DNA of 64,000 bases from Bdellovibrionales bacterium (GTDB taxonomy: Bacteria; Bdellovibrionota; Bdellovibrionia; Bdellovibrionales; UBA1609). The notes beneath the pieces were generated by a model. It was given only the letters and a program-made list of their open reading frames with translations. It searched no databases and was not told where the DNA came from. Position 1 is the stretch's first letter. Each line of letters starts with the position of its first letter. The stretch is taken from assembly GCA_965204055.1 (NCBI GenBank), contig OZ241967.1:322144-386143 (forward strand), written 5' to 3'. The position numbers and the translations under genes were made by a program. Shown here in pieces: positions 17,806 to 26,891 of the stretch.

Positions 17806-19101
17806 TTATTTGTTAAAGCAAATATAATTTTTGCGCAAATAATGAGCCATGTTATCGGCCTTTGCTCCCAACTTCAGCTGATGAATACAGGTGGAGATAT
17901 GTTTTATTTTTTCAGGCTGATTCAGGAGTTTATTTAAAATTTCACCCAGTTTATGCTTGTTAAAATTTTTTTCCTCAATAAGGATAATAGCTGATTTTTG
18001 TTTCAAATTTTGCGCGTTTCTTAATTGGTGTTGATCGGCAGAGCTGGATAGGGGCACTAAAATACCTGCTCGCCCCACTACAGATAGCTCCGCTATAGCC
18101 CCCGCTCCCGCTCTTCCTATCACAATATCAGACCATTCGTAAAACTTATGAATCTCTTGTAAAAAAGGAAATACTCGGACCTGTTTACACTCAGTATATA
18201 ATTTTTTAAAATATTCAAATTCTTTTTCTCCTGTTTGGTGCACAAAAGCAAAACTTTTATTGTGTGAACAAACCTGTTTAGCAATATGAATCTCAGTTTT
18301 TTCCATAGAAGTAATAAACTCAGACACCACTTTGTTAATAAGAGATGATCCTTGACTGCCCCCTAATACCAAGATCCGAAGGGGACTGTCCGGCTTAGGC
18401 TTTGGAGATACTTTACATATCTGAGATCGAACAGGAAAAGGAAATTGAGTTTGTTTTTTCATACCCAAAGGGTATAACTTTTGCATTACTTTTGAGAAGA
18501 GTCTCTTAAGCTCTTTAGACTTGAGAGCTTGAGAACTTAAACCAGCTTGGTATAAATATTTTTTTGTTGAGGGAAATACCACTATCACTTCATTTACAAA
18601 ACGAGAAAGCCAGCGATTGGTTAAACCAGGCAGAGCATTAGGCTCAAAAATAACCGTTTTTTTACAAAGCAAAAAACCCGCTAACAACAAAGGCCCACTA
18701 ACGGCCCCTCCTGTGCCCACTAACAGAGTGGGTTTTACACGCAGGATCAGCCCTAAAGCCTTTAGCAACAAAAAAGGCAAAAAGATAATAGTTTTCCACC
18801 TTTCTTTTCGGCCCACATTTTTTCTTAATCGCCCTACAGGTAAATAGTGAATTTTATACCGATTTCGTGCTCGATCCCTATTTTCACAAGGGCTGGATTT
18901 GTCTTTTTTTGATTTTTTGCTTACTACCTGGCTCGCGCTTTGATCCACTAAAGAATACATACTTTTTTCTAAAGAAGAAGAACCGCTTACAAACTCTATT
19001 TGCAGTTTATTGTCTTGAGCAAGCAAACTTTCTGCTAAGGAAAGGGCTGGCAAAATATGCCCCCCTGTTCCACCTGCGGAAATTAATATTTTTTTATACA
19101 C
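17806..19101 (-). CDS. murG: Undecaprenyl-PP-MurNAc-pentapeptide GlcNAc transferase, with two lineage-specific insertions
   Basis: GGTGGHILPALSLAE, GTGGAVSGP, EPNALPGLTNRWL, RAGAGAIAEL. At 431 aa it is longer than the usual 355-370 aa, with basic inserts near aa 50-85 and 190-235. Confidence 0.88.
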   Translation of the reverse strand: MYKKILISAGGTGGHILPALSLAESLLAQDNKLQIEFVSGSSSLEKSMYSLVDQSASQVVSKKSKKDKSSPCENRDRARNRYKIHYLPVGRLRKNVGRKERWKTIIFLPFLLLKALGLILRVKPTLLVGTGGAVSGPLLLAGFLLCKKTVIFEPNALPGLTNRWLSRFVNEVIVVFPSTKKYLYQAGLSSQALKSKELKRLFSKVMQKLYPLGMKKQTQFPFPVRSQICKVSPKPKPDSPLRILVLGGSQGSSLINKVVSEFITSMEKTEIHIAKQVCSHNKSFAFVHQTGEKEFEYFKKLYTECKQVRVFPFLQEIHKFYEWSDIVIGRAGAGAIAELSVVGRAGILVPLSSSADQHQLRNAQNLKQKSAIILIEEKNFNKHKLGEILNKLLNQPEKIKHISTCIHQLKLGAKADNMAHYLRKNYICFNK

Positions 19102-19162
19102 AATACCTGTATCCCTTTAGTTTAAAAAGTTTCGGACAGCCATAGTCAAACGATCTTATACT

Positions 19163-19207
19163 TTTCTTTGTTTCTTTGTTTCTTTGTTTCTTTGTTTCTT
19201 TGTTTCT
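19163..19207. repeat. Octanucleotide SSR (TTTCTTTG) x 5.5
   Basis: Perfect copies at 19163-19202 plus a partial copy. Lies between the fadJ-like stop (19215) and the murG start (19101). Confidence 0.9.
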
Positions 19208-19214
19208 ACTTATC

Positions 19215-21566
19215 TCATGCACTGGTTCCTTTTAGGGTGTAAAAACCTGTTTCGGCTTTTTTTAATAAAGCAGATGAGGGGTGAAAACGTTTTCCATGTC
19301 TTTCTGAAAAATTTTTCAAACCCGCAATCACACTTTTTAAACTAATTTCATCAGCATACTTAAGCAAGCCTCCTCGGAAAGCAGGAAAACCAACTCCCAA
19401 AGTCAAAGCTAGATCTAATTCAGCAGGTGTGTTCACCACTTGATCTTCCAATACCAGGGCAGATTCGTTTATCATGCGGTAAAGCCCTCTTTCCAAAGAT
19501 TCTGGTTCAGATATTTTTTTGGAAGAGGGTTTTAAGTTTAAGTCCTGATAAATCAGATTATTAACACCAGCCACTTTTAACTTATTATTGTAAATGTAAA
19601 ATCCGTTTTTGTTTTTCTTTCCCAAAAATATGGGCCTTATTTTTAAGGCTTGTTTTGGAAAATGCAAATCCAGTTCGCTGGATGGAAAGGATTTTATCAA
19701 TTTCAAGCATATATCCAAACCCAATTCATCCATGAGTCGAAAAGGCCCCATAGAAAACCCATACGAGTTGTATATCTGATCAATTTGTGGAATGCTGGCT
19801 CCTTCATATAACATCCATAAAGCTTCTGACATTAAAGGTAGAAAAAGCCGGTGAATTAAAAACCCTGGTTTATCTTTTACTATAAAAGGGATTTTTCCTA
19901 TTCGAGTAGTCCAGTAAAGTGCAGAGGTAATGGTGGAGTCGCTGGTTTGCTCTCCGCGCACAATTTCCACCAAGGAAGTTTGATACGCAGGATAAAAAAA
20001 GTGCAATCCAAAAAAGCGGGTGGGATCAGGATGGGCTTTTGCCAACTCAGTAATACGGAAAGAAGAAGTGTTGGTAGCAAATAGACATGTGCTGGAGAGA
20101 TGTTGAGCTGTTTCTGCAATGACTTTCTTTTTAATTTCCAGATCTTCTACTACAGTTTCGATAACCAGATCCACATTTTGAAAACCAGAGTAATCCAGCT
20201 GAGGTCTTATTTTTCGGAATCGTATTTTATTTTCATTAACAGAACTGATGAGTGTGTTATAACTTTGTTTGTTGCTGGGTTGTGTTTTTATATTGGGTAT
20301 AAAAGTGTAGTTATTTTTAAAAGTTAAGGGATGGTGATTCTTAATGGGTGTGCTTTTTTCATCATTTGTTTTTTCGCTTAAAAATTTTTTGAGTAAAGAA
20401 CTTAACCAGTTTGTTTGTGTTTGCTTGTTCCATATAGAGTGTATAGATTTAAGAGCAGAAGTAAGAGAAGGGGGGTGAATATCCTTTAAGAGGACGGGAA
20501 TATGGCCCTTTGTTAGATAATGGGTGATACCTTCTCCCATAATTCCTGCACCCACAACGGCTACTTTTTGAATTTTCTTCTGCGGAAAGATTTTATTTGT
20601 TGTGGGTATTGGTGTATTTGTTGTGGGTGTGGGGTTAACTTTGATCGCTTGTAGGTCTTTTTTCTGACGATGAGTATTGTCCAAGGAAATGAGATGTCTG
20701 GTTACCGAAGAAACAGTGAGATCACAAAAACTGTTGCTTTCCTCTTTGAGAGCCGTTTTTAAAAATTTTGCCGGGTAGGTTTTTTTTATAACCTCCAAAG
20801 CTTTTAAAGGAGCAGGGTAGAAACCTTTTGTTTCTGTGAGAATCTTTTTTTTTGTTCTATGATAGAGAATTTGTTGGTTCATAGGTATTTCAAAAAATTT
20901 ATCTATGAGACGAAGAGGTTTATATTTTCGTGGGGGTTTAGGAGGGATCTGTCCTCTGGCAATTTGTTCCGCCAGAGCGCGTGCTTGTTTTTCTACATCT
21001 AAAGGGTGAACTATATAATCCATTAGCCGGATATGGTAAGCTGAGCGAGCAGAAATAATTTGGCTTTCTAAAATCATTTTCAAAGCTTTTTGAACACCTA
21101 TCAGTCTGGGTAGTCTGATACAGCCTCCAAAACCGGGAATGAGTCCAAAATGAATTTCAGGGAAACCAAAAACAGTATCTTTATTAAAAGTAGCTATGCG
21201 ATAATCACAGGTTAGTGCTAGCTCCAGCTGGTGGCCCAAACAAGCTCCGTGGATGGTTGAAATCCAAGATACATTCGCGCTCTCAATGAGGTTAAATAGT
21301 TCATGCGCTTCATCTAATAATCTTTCCCATTTTTCTCGATCAGGGTTTTTTTTTAACGCTTTTATAAAAGTAGATTCGAAAAACATTTCAGGATTCTGAG
21401 TGTTTTTAAATATAAGTAGAGCTATATGAACAGAAGGGCTTTTGATAATTTTTTGTATATAAGATCTAAATTTCTGCCGTTCTTCATTAGATAGGATAAG
21501 AGGGTGGTTTTGATCCCATTCCAACACTGCCAGATTCTTTTCCATTTTTAGGTTCATGTTTTTCAC
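19215..21566 (-). CDS. Bifunctional enoyl-CoA hydratase / 3-hydroxyacyl-CoA dehydrogenase (FadJ/FadB type)
   Basis: N-terminal crotonase fold (GACLGHQLELALTCDYRIA...FGFPEIHFGLIPGFGG). NAD-binding KVAVVGAGIMGEGI. C-terminal 3HCDH domains. Contains Thr/Pro-rich and Asn-rich inserts. Confidence 0.85.
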   Translation of the reverse strand: MKNMNLKMEKNLAVLEWDQNHPLILSNEERQKFRSYIQKIIKSPSVHIALLIFKNTQNPEMFFESTFIKALKKNPDREKWERLLDEAHELFNLIESANVSWISTIHGACLGHQLELALTCDYRIATFNKDTVFGFPEIHFGLIPGFGGCIRLPRLIGVQKALKMILESQIISARSAYHIRLMDYIVHPLDVEKQARALAEQIARGQIPPKPPRKYKPLRLIDKFFEIPMNQQILYHRTKKKILTETKGFYPAPLKALEVIKKTYPAKFLKTALKEESNSFCDLTVSSVTRHLISLDNTHRQKKDLQAIKVNPTPTTNTPIPTTNKIFPQKKIQKVAVVGAGIMGEGITHYLTKGHIPVLLKDIHPPSLTSALKSIHSIWNKQTQTNWLSSLLKKFLSEKTNDEKSTPIKNHHPLTFKNNYTFIPNIKTQPSNKQSYNTLISSVNENKIRFRKIRPQLDYSGFQNVDLVIETVVEDLEIKKKVIAETAQHLSSTCLFATNTSSFRITELAKAHPDPTRFFGLHFFYPAYQTSLVEIVRGEQTSDSTITSALYWTTRIGKIPFIVKDKPGFLIHRLFLPLMSEALWMLYEGASIPQIDQIYNSYGFSMGPFRLMDELGLDICLKLIKSFPSSELDLHFPKQALKIRPIFLGKKNKNGFYIYNNKLKVAGVNNLIYQDLNLKPSSKKISEPESLERGLYRMINESALVLEDQVVNTPAELDLALTLGVGFPAFRGGLLKYADEISLKSVIAGLKNFSERHGKRFHPSSALLKKAETGFYTLKGTSA

Positions 21567-21614
21567 AGTTATTCCAAATAAATTTTTTATTTTTTTAGGG
21601 ATGGTCCTATTTTG

Positions 21615-22556
21615 TTAAATTTGTGGTGCTGGTGTATGGGGAGTGTTCTCTGGAATAGGGGTTTGTGTAGGAATGTTAGGGTTAGAGGTGCTGGAAGAAC
21701 CTTCTTCAGCTCCACTTTTAGCGGAATCAGCCTCACTCCCTTTCTGGCCTTTTTTATTAGATCCATTGTCTGTGCTATCTTCGCCATTTCCATTGCTATA
21801 AGAAACCTGTAAATAACCTGGCAAATCTTTTGAATGTTTGTAATTCAAAAAAGCCCAATTTTCACAGGAGCTGGAAAATTGTTTCGCAAAAGCAGTTACC
21901 CCTAAAATAAGATCTTTTTTATTTGCCTCCTCATTATTTTCTTCTGTTGGATGGGTAGAATCATCATCTTCGCTATTTTCTTCTTCGTTCTCGCTATTTT
22001 CTGTGTCCTTTCCAGAAACAGCCCGATTCAAGTCTTCTAACTTGGTTCCTTTTTTAATAAAAGATAGTTCAGTAATTTTGCTTTTTTCGTTAATAGTCAC
22101 ATCAAATATATTGTATTCTTTATCCTTGATAATCATCGAAGAATCGGTAAACTTAAAGGACTGCCTTTCTTCGTAATAAAAAATCCCATTCTTATCTGGT
22201 TTGACTGTTTTAGGATGGAAAAGCAAGAGAGACTCCGCTTCCGGTTTATCCTGATGGTTGCTGACCTGCACCAATAAGGGGATGGCTGATTTTTTTAATT
22301 TATTATTTACTGTTTGATCGTTCAAAAAGCGAATACACACATAGAGATAAAACCCTCGTTCTGCGTAGGAGCTGTCCAAGTCACTAAGATCTGTTGTGAC
22401 AAAAAAACCTTCTATCTTTTCTGATTCTTTTTTAAGATCAATTAACTGCCCTTTTGACAAAGGGGGAAATGGATATAAAATTTCCGTTTTTTCTTCCTCT
22501 TCCTCAGAACAGCTAATAAATAGAAAAAATAAAATAAAAATCAATTTTCGTCTCAT
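21615..22556 (-). CDS. Acidic low-complexity lipoprotein
   Basis: Start moved to MRRKLIFILFFLFISC (lipobox), preceded by an AAGGA RBS. The track ORF start at 22598 runs into the upstream repeat array. Acidic EENSEDDD stretch and a Ser/Pro-rich tail. Confidence 0.65.
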   Translation of the reverse strand: MRRKLIFILFFLFISCSEEEEEKTEILYPFPPLSKGQLIDLKKESEKIEGFFVTTDLSDLDSSYAERGFYLYVCIRFLNDQTVNNKLKKSAIPLLVQVSNHQDKPEAESLLLFHPKTVKPDKNGIFYYEERQSFKFTDSSMIIKDKEYNIFDVTINEKSKITELSFIKKGTKLEDLNRAVSGKDTENSENEEENSEDDDSTHPTEENNEEANKKDLILGVTAFAKQFSSSCENWAFLNYKHSKDLPGYLQVSYSNGNGEDSTDNGSNKKGQKGSEADSAKSGAEEGSSSTSNPNIPTQTPIPENTPHTPAPQI

Positions 22557-22560
22557 TTTT

Positions 22561-22793
22561 GTCCTTAATAATAGTGGTTTCATAAAATCCTTTTTCACTC
22601 CATTTGTGCAAAGTGATGGGTGAAGTCCTTAATAATAGTGGTTTCATAAAACCCTTTTTCGCTCCATTTGTGCAAAGTGATGGGTGAAGTCCTTAATAAT
22701 AGTGGTTTCATAAAACCCTTTTTCGCTCCATTTGTGCAAAGTGATGGGTGAAGTCCTTAATAATAGTGGTTTCATAAAACCCTTTTTCACTCC
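22561..22793. repeat. 64-bp tandem repeat x 3.6
   Basis: Units at 22561, 22625, 22689 and 22753. Copies 2 and 3 are identical; copy 1 differs at 2 positions. The array begins 4 nt upstream of the lipoprotein ATG. Confidence 0.92.
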
Positions 22794-22797
22794 CTCT

Positions 22798-22879
22798 AAA
22801 CTGCGTTTTTTTCATTTTTTCTAAACAACACGGGCAATAAACTGCGTTTTTTTCATTTTTTCTAAACAACACGGGCAAT
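22798..22879. repeat. 41-bp tandem repeat x 2
   Basis: AAACTGCGTTTTTTTCATTTTTTCTAAACAACACGGGCAAT at 22798-22838 and 22839-22879. Confidence 0.9.
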
Positions 22880-23017
22880 CTACCTATCAGTCCCTTGAAA
22901 GCGGGAATTTATATGCTACTTTAGAGAGAACCGTTTTTAGTATTTTAGATTTGAAACTGTAAAAATTCAAATCAAACAGTATATTTTACGCAAAACAACA
23001 CAGCCAATTTCCCTAAA

Positions 23018-23182
23018 TAGTCGGTCGGGAAAAAGCCCTGGCTTATACCCCCCGCGCGACGAGTTAGGCCCTTGAACACGTCGCGTAGAAGACGCGGGTG
23101 TGGCAAAATGCATGTCTGAGACCGAGCGGTGGGTATGAGTCAGGGCACGGATACAATCAAATAAACTTTTTCACGGAGAACT
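23018..23182. mobile_element. MITE-like element (GC-rich core type C)
   Basis: Ends AGTCGGTCGGGAAAAAG ... CTTTTTCACGGAGAACT. The core ...CGCGTAGAAGACGCGGG... is related in reverse orientation to 61574-61750. Flanks AAAT/AATT. Confidence 0.65.
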
Positions 23183-23237
23183 AATTGGTGGCCTTTGAAA
23201 AACCCTTTCACCTTCAAATGTAGTGTTCAAAAGGGGC

Positions 23238-24962
23238 TTAAGCTGAAAAATCCTTTCTCATTTCCTTGAAAAAAGAATAACAGATCAAACAAAGCAAAAT
23301 AGAAAAAGGAAAAGCCATAATAATCACCAACAACTCTAAAGACTTCATTCCGCCGAAGTAAATTATTGTCATAGCCAACACCCCTTCTAATAAAACCCAA
23401 TAAATTTTGCTAAATAAGGCAGTTTTGAACCAAATTGGTTTTTCCTCGTGTGTCGTGGGAGGCATTTTTAATAGCTTCTTTTCTTCCAATGATGATTCTT
23501 CATGATGAGTTGGAAAATCGGGATTTTTAAACTGGGTCTGAGTAGTATGAGCAATACAATGCACAACATAAGAGGCGGAATCCGATGAGGTGACAAAAAA
23601 CACCACTATAGCCAGTAGTGCGATTAGGGAAGTTGTTTTTGTGAATGGCAGATGTTTAAAAAACTCAAAAATTATCGTAGAATATTCTGTTTGTAAAAGA
23701 GGCTTTAGATCCATAGTCCCATCAATATGACCTTGAATAGCTGTCCCACCAAAAACTACAAACCAAAAACAGGATAGGACAGTAGGCACAACAAGAGAAC
23801 CTATTACAAACTGTTGAATAGTGCGCCCTTCGGAAATACGAGCGATAAATAACCCCACAAAAGGGGCCCAAGCCATCCACCAGGCCCAATAGAGGATCGT
23901 CCATTGAGCGCGCCACTCTGCCGACCCCAGAGAGTTAACATAAGTCATACTGCTAACCAAGTTTTGCAGATAAGCTCCAGAATACTCTACAAAGGAGTTG
24001 AGTAGAAACACTGTAGGACCGGTAAAAAGAATAAACAGAAGGAGTAAAATACAAATAAAAATATTTAATTCACTAAGTCGGCGTATACCTTTATTTAAAC
24101 CAGAAAGTAAGGATAAACCCGCCATCAGAGTAATAACACAAATAATGCCACTTTGAACAGACTGAGAATAAGACCAGCCAAATAGCTCTTTTAGGCCAGA
24201 GTTGATTTGCAAAGAACCTCTGCCCAAAGTAGTAGCTACGCCAAATAAAATAACAGTTATAGATAAAACATCTACAGAAGTGCTTATTATTGTTTTTATT
24301 TTTTCTTTTATCTGTCCCGGATTTGAGTTTTTTTGCATTGTGTCGTTTTTTTGCACAGACAATTCTTGTAAAGATAAAGGTTTTTGTTGTTTCAGACTCT
24401 TCGCATTTTCCGAATCAGCTCCTTTTATAGGGTAAAGCATAGAGGAAATCCGCAGTGGTAGATTTTTATGAAAGAAAAAATAGGCAATGGCTAAACCCAT
24501 AATGGTATAAACTGTCCAACCAGAAAAACCCCAATGTAAAAAAACAAGCTGAAATGACAAAGTAAGAGATTCTGCTGTGCCTCCTTTCCCTGTATGAGGG
24601 TAAAAGTAATGGTAAAGGGGTTCGTATACTCCAGAAAATATTAACCCTGTCCCCATTCCTGCACTAAAAAGCATGGCTATCCAAGTAAAGTTGTTATATC
24701 GAGCTGTTGTTGTTTTCCCCAAACGCACTTTCCTATAAGGGCCAAAAGCCAAATAAAGACAAGCGCAAAAAAAACAAAAAATCAGCAAAACATAAAACCA
24801 AGAAATATTGAGCACGAAAATACTTTGAACCCAGGACAAAGAATTAAGAAAGAACTTTGGAGTTGTAATTGCGAAAACCAAGATAAAAGAAATTAGAAAA
24901 GAAGAACCGATGAGTATAGGATTCCAAAATATTTTTTTTATTTCCTTAAATAAGTTTTTCAT
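23238..24962 (-). CDS. BCCT-family (betaine/carnitine/choline) transporter
   Basis: 12-TM layout and the signature WTILYWAWWMAWAPFVGLFIARISEGRTI. Hydrophilic insert near aa 180-225. Confidence 0.88.
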   Translation of the reverse strand: MKNLFKEIKKIFWNPILIGSSFLISFILVFAITTPKFFLNSLSWVQSIFVLNISWFYVLLIFCFFCACLYLAFGPYRKVRLGKTTTARYNNFTWIAMLFSAGMGTGLIFSGVYEPLYHYFYPHTGKGGTAESLTLSFQLVFLHWGFSGWTVYTIMGLAIAYFFFHKNLPLRISSMLYPIKGADSENAKSLKQQKPLSLQELSVQKNDTMQKNSNPGQIKEKIKTIISTSVDVLSITVILFGVATTLGRGSLQINSGLKELFGWSYSQSVQSGIICVITLMAGLSLLSGLNKGIRRLSELNIFICILLLLFILFTGPTVFLLNSFVEYSGAYLQNLVSSMTYVNSLGSAEWRAQWTILYWAWWMAWAPFVGLFIARISEGRTIQQFVIGSLVVPTVLSCFWFVVFGGTAIQGHIDGTMDLKPLLQTEYSTIIFEFFKHLPFTKTTSLIALLAIVVFFVTSSDSASYVVHCIAHTTQTQFKNPDFPTHHEESSLEEKKLLKMPPTTHEEKPIWFKTALFSKIYWVLLEGVLAMTIIYFGGMKSLELLVIIMAFPFSILLCLICYSFFKEMRKDFSA

Positions 24963-25246
24963 AGATACTAAAACTTTGACTTTGTCCCCGTTACAGCCTG
25001 TTGATTTCTGGTAAATGGTTCTGATGTATCACAGCTTTTTTCTGGAAACAAGATCCTCTTTGGAGAGATTTTGCTTAAATCAGTTATACTAAAGTTCAGG
25101 TTACATAATTTGATTTTAGAGGTGCCTCCCATCGATGATAGCATTAAATTTAGATTGTGTTCAGTTAAGGAGCAAAATTGGATTTTATAGCAAAATTCTT
25201 TTCATCTTTTTTATTTGTAGCTGTTTTTGAGTTAAGAATCTAAGGG

Positions 25247-25438
25247 GTGGTTGTCAGTTATAACAAAAAAACAGTGCTTCTTGTTCAGGATAATGGAAAC
25301 AAGATAAAAGTGGCTCGATCCCGTATTCCCCAATATTACAAACTCAAAACAGGAATAAGAGTGCATGCTACCTTTGATAGCAAAAACCTGTTAGAAAAAA
25401 TTAGGAAGCAGGAAAAGGAGAAAAAAACGAAAAATTAG
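25247..25438 (+). CDS. Small hypothetical protein (63 aa, GTG start)
   Basis: ORF only. Its stop abuts the 32-bp repeat array. No motif. Confidence 0.3.
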   Translation: MVVSYNKKTVLLVQDNGNKIKVARSRIPQYYKLKTGIRVHATFDSKNLLEKIRKQEKEKKTKN

Positions 25439-25530
25439 TGGTAATTCCGCTGGTTTTTAGGTAAAATTAGTGGCAATACCGCTGGTTTTTAGGTAAAATT
25501 AGTGGCAATACCGCTGGTTTTTAGGTAAAA
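25437..25530 (+). repeat. 32-bp direct repeat x 3 (promoter-like units)
   Basis: AGTGG(T/C)AAT(T/A)CCGCTGGTTTTTAGGTAAAATT at 25437, 25469 and 25501. Each unit reads TGGCAA - 17 nt - TAAAAT. Confidence 0.9.
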
Positions 25531-25564
25531 AGTGGTATCGTCTCTATTACTAAAGGAACCTCTT

Positions 25565-26716
25565 ATGGACATAAAGCGGATTTTGGATCTGAGAGCTTTA
25601 TTGAAAAAAAAGTCCTTTTTTCTTTTTGGGCCACGACAGGTAGGGAAAAGCTATTTGATTCAACAACAATTAAAAAACTCAGCCCTTGTCATCAATTTGT
25701 TGGACAGTGAATTGAACTACAGACTTCAACAGGAACCTTCTTACCTGAAAGCTTTAATCAATAACAAGACAAAGAAACAAAAATATGTTGTTATTGATGA
25801 AATCCAAAAAATACCTGAGCTGTTAAATTTGGTACATTTGCTTATTGAAGAAAAAAAAATACATTTTTTGTTAACAGGAAGCAGTTTCAGAAAATTAAAA
25901 AGAAAAAATGTTAACCTGTTAGCAGGACGAGCATGGAATGCAGAGCTATTTCCTCTTGTTCATATCGAAACCCCTCGGGTTTCCCTTGAGAAAAGACTAC
26001 TTTATGGTTCTTTGCCTTATGTGTACTTGAGTCCGGAACCTTGGGAAGAACTAAAAGCTTATGTCTCTAATTACTTAATGCTGGAGGTTCAGACAGAGGG
26101 GTTGGCCAGAAAACTTCTAAACTTTCATAGTTTTTTAAAAGGTTCTGCTTTAAGCAACACACAAATTTTAAATTTTGCCAAAATAGGAAATGATTATGGT
26201 CTTTCTGCCAGCAGTGTCAGGGATTATTATGATGTTTTGCAGGATCTTCTTTTAGGTTTTATGGTTACACCCTGGAGAAAATCCAGGAAAAGAAAAGCCA
26301 TCAGTAAGTCCAAATTTTATTTTTTTGATACAGGTCTTGTGCACGCGCTGTGCGGAACACGGGTGCTCAATGAGCACTCTGATCTTTATGGAAGAAGCTT
26401 TGAAAACTTTATTGCCAATGAGCTTAAAGCCTATTTAAGTTACTTCAGAAAAGAGGACCCTTTGTGCTTTTGGCAGTCCACTTATGGGCACGAAGTGGAT
26501 TTTATTATCGGGGATCATAGTGCCATAGAGATCAAATCTTCCAAAAGAATATCCCAAACTCATTTCAAAATGTTAAAAATATTGTCTGAGGAACATACTT
26601 TTAAGAATCGCCTGTTGGTGAGTCGGGACAGGATACAAGCTGACTTTGATGGCCTTGTTAGTTTGCACTGGGAGACCTTTTTGAAAAAACTGTGGAATCA
26701 TGAAATCGTGCCCTAA
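25565..26716 (+). CDS. AAA+ ATPase with DUF4143-type C-terminal PD-(D/E)xK-like domain (paralogue A)
   Basis: FLFGPRQVGKS (Walker A), VVIDEIQKIPE (Walker B), LTGSSFRKLK, C-terminal GHEVDFIIGDHSAIEIKSS. ATG 25565 is preferred over the track GTG at 25532. Confidence 0.8.
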   Translation: MDIKRILDLRALLKKKSFFLFGPRQVGKSYLIQQQLKNSALVINLLDSELNYRLQQEPSYLKALINNKTKKQKYVVIDEIQKIPELLNLVHLLIEEKKIHFLLTGSSFRKLKRKNVNLLAGRAWNAELFPLVHIETPRVSLEKRLLYGSLPYVYLSPEPWEELKAYVSNYLMLEVQTEGLARKLLNFHSFLKGSALSNTQILNFAKIGNDYGLSASSVRDYYDVLQDLLLGFMVTPWRKSRKRKAISKSKFYFFDTGLVHALCGTRVLNEHSDLYGRSFENFIANELKAYLSYFRKEDPLCFWQSTYGHEVDFIIGDHSAIEIKSSKRISQTHFKMLKILSEEHTFKNRLLVSRDRIQADFDGLVSLHWETFLKKLWNHEIVP

Positions 26717-26891
26717 AAAGTGTTATTTTGTGATATAAAGCATCTATACATATCGGCACAGACTGAATCAAAAAATGAACATGATCCCCATTCTAAACCT
26801 ATCTCTATACTGACTTATTCAGGACCAACTAAATAGGTTTAAAATATATCAGCAAGCAAAATTAAAGACATTGCCAAAGCCATGAAAAAAA

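Noticed and set aside
15797-19145. Plus-strand ORFs inside murB, murC and murG (15797-16108, 16198-16410, 16295-16594, 16675-16905, 18617-18847, 18867-19145)
   Set aside because: They are antisense to genes with unambiguous Mur motifs and have no independent support.
22561-22879. Possible CRISPR array
   Set aside because: The units are contiguous tandem repeats of 64 bp and 41 bp with no unique spacers, and there are no cas genes in the window.
23030-23170. GC-rich patch (and its inverse at 61590-61700) as a tRNA or other structured RNA gene
   Set aside because: No cloverleaf, acceptor stem or TPsiC-type features could be drawn. The patches are bounded by the IS5-type inverted repeats, so they are MITE cores.
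25437-25530. Possible sigma54 promoter (TGGCA...) in each 32-bp unit
   Set aside because: The GG-N10-GC spacing is not met (GG is followed by GC at N7 and GG at N10). A sigma70-like reading fits better.
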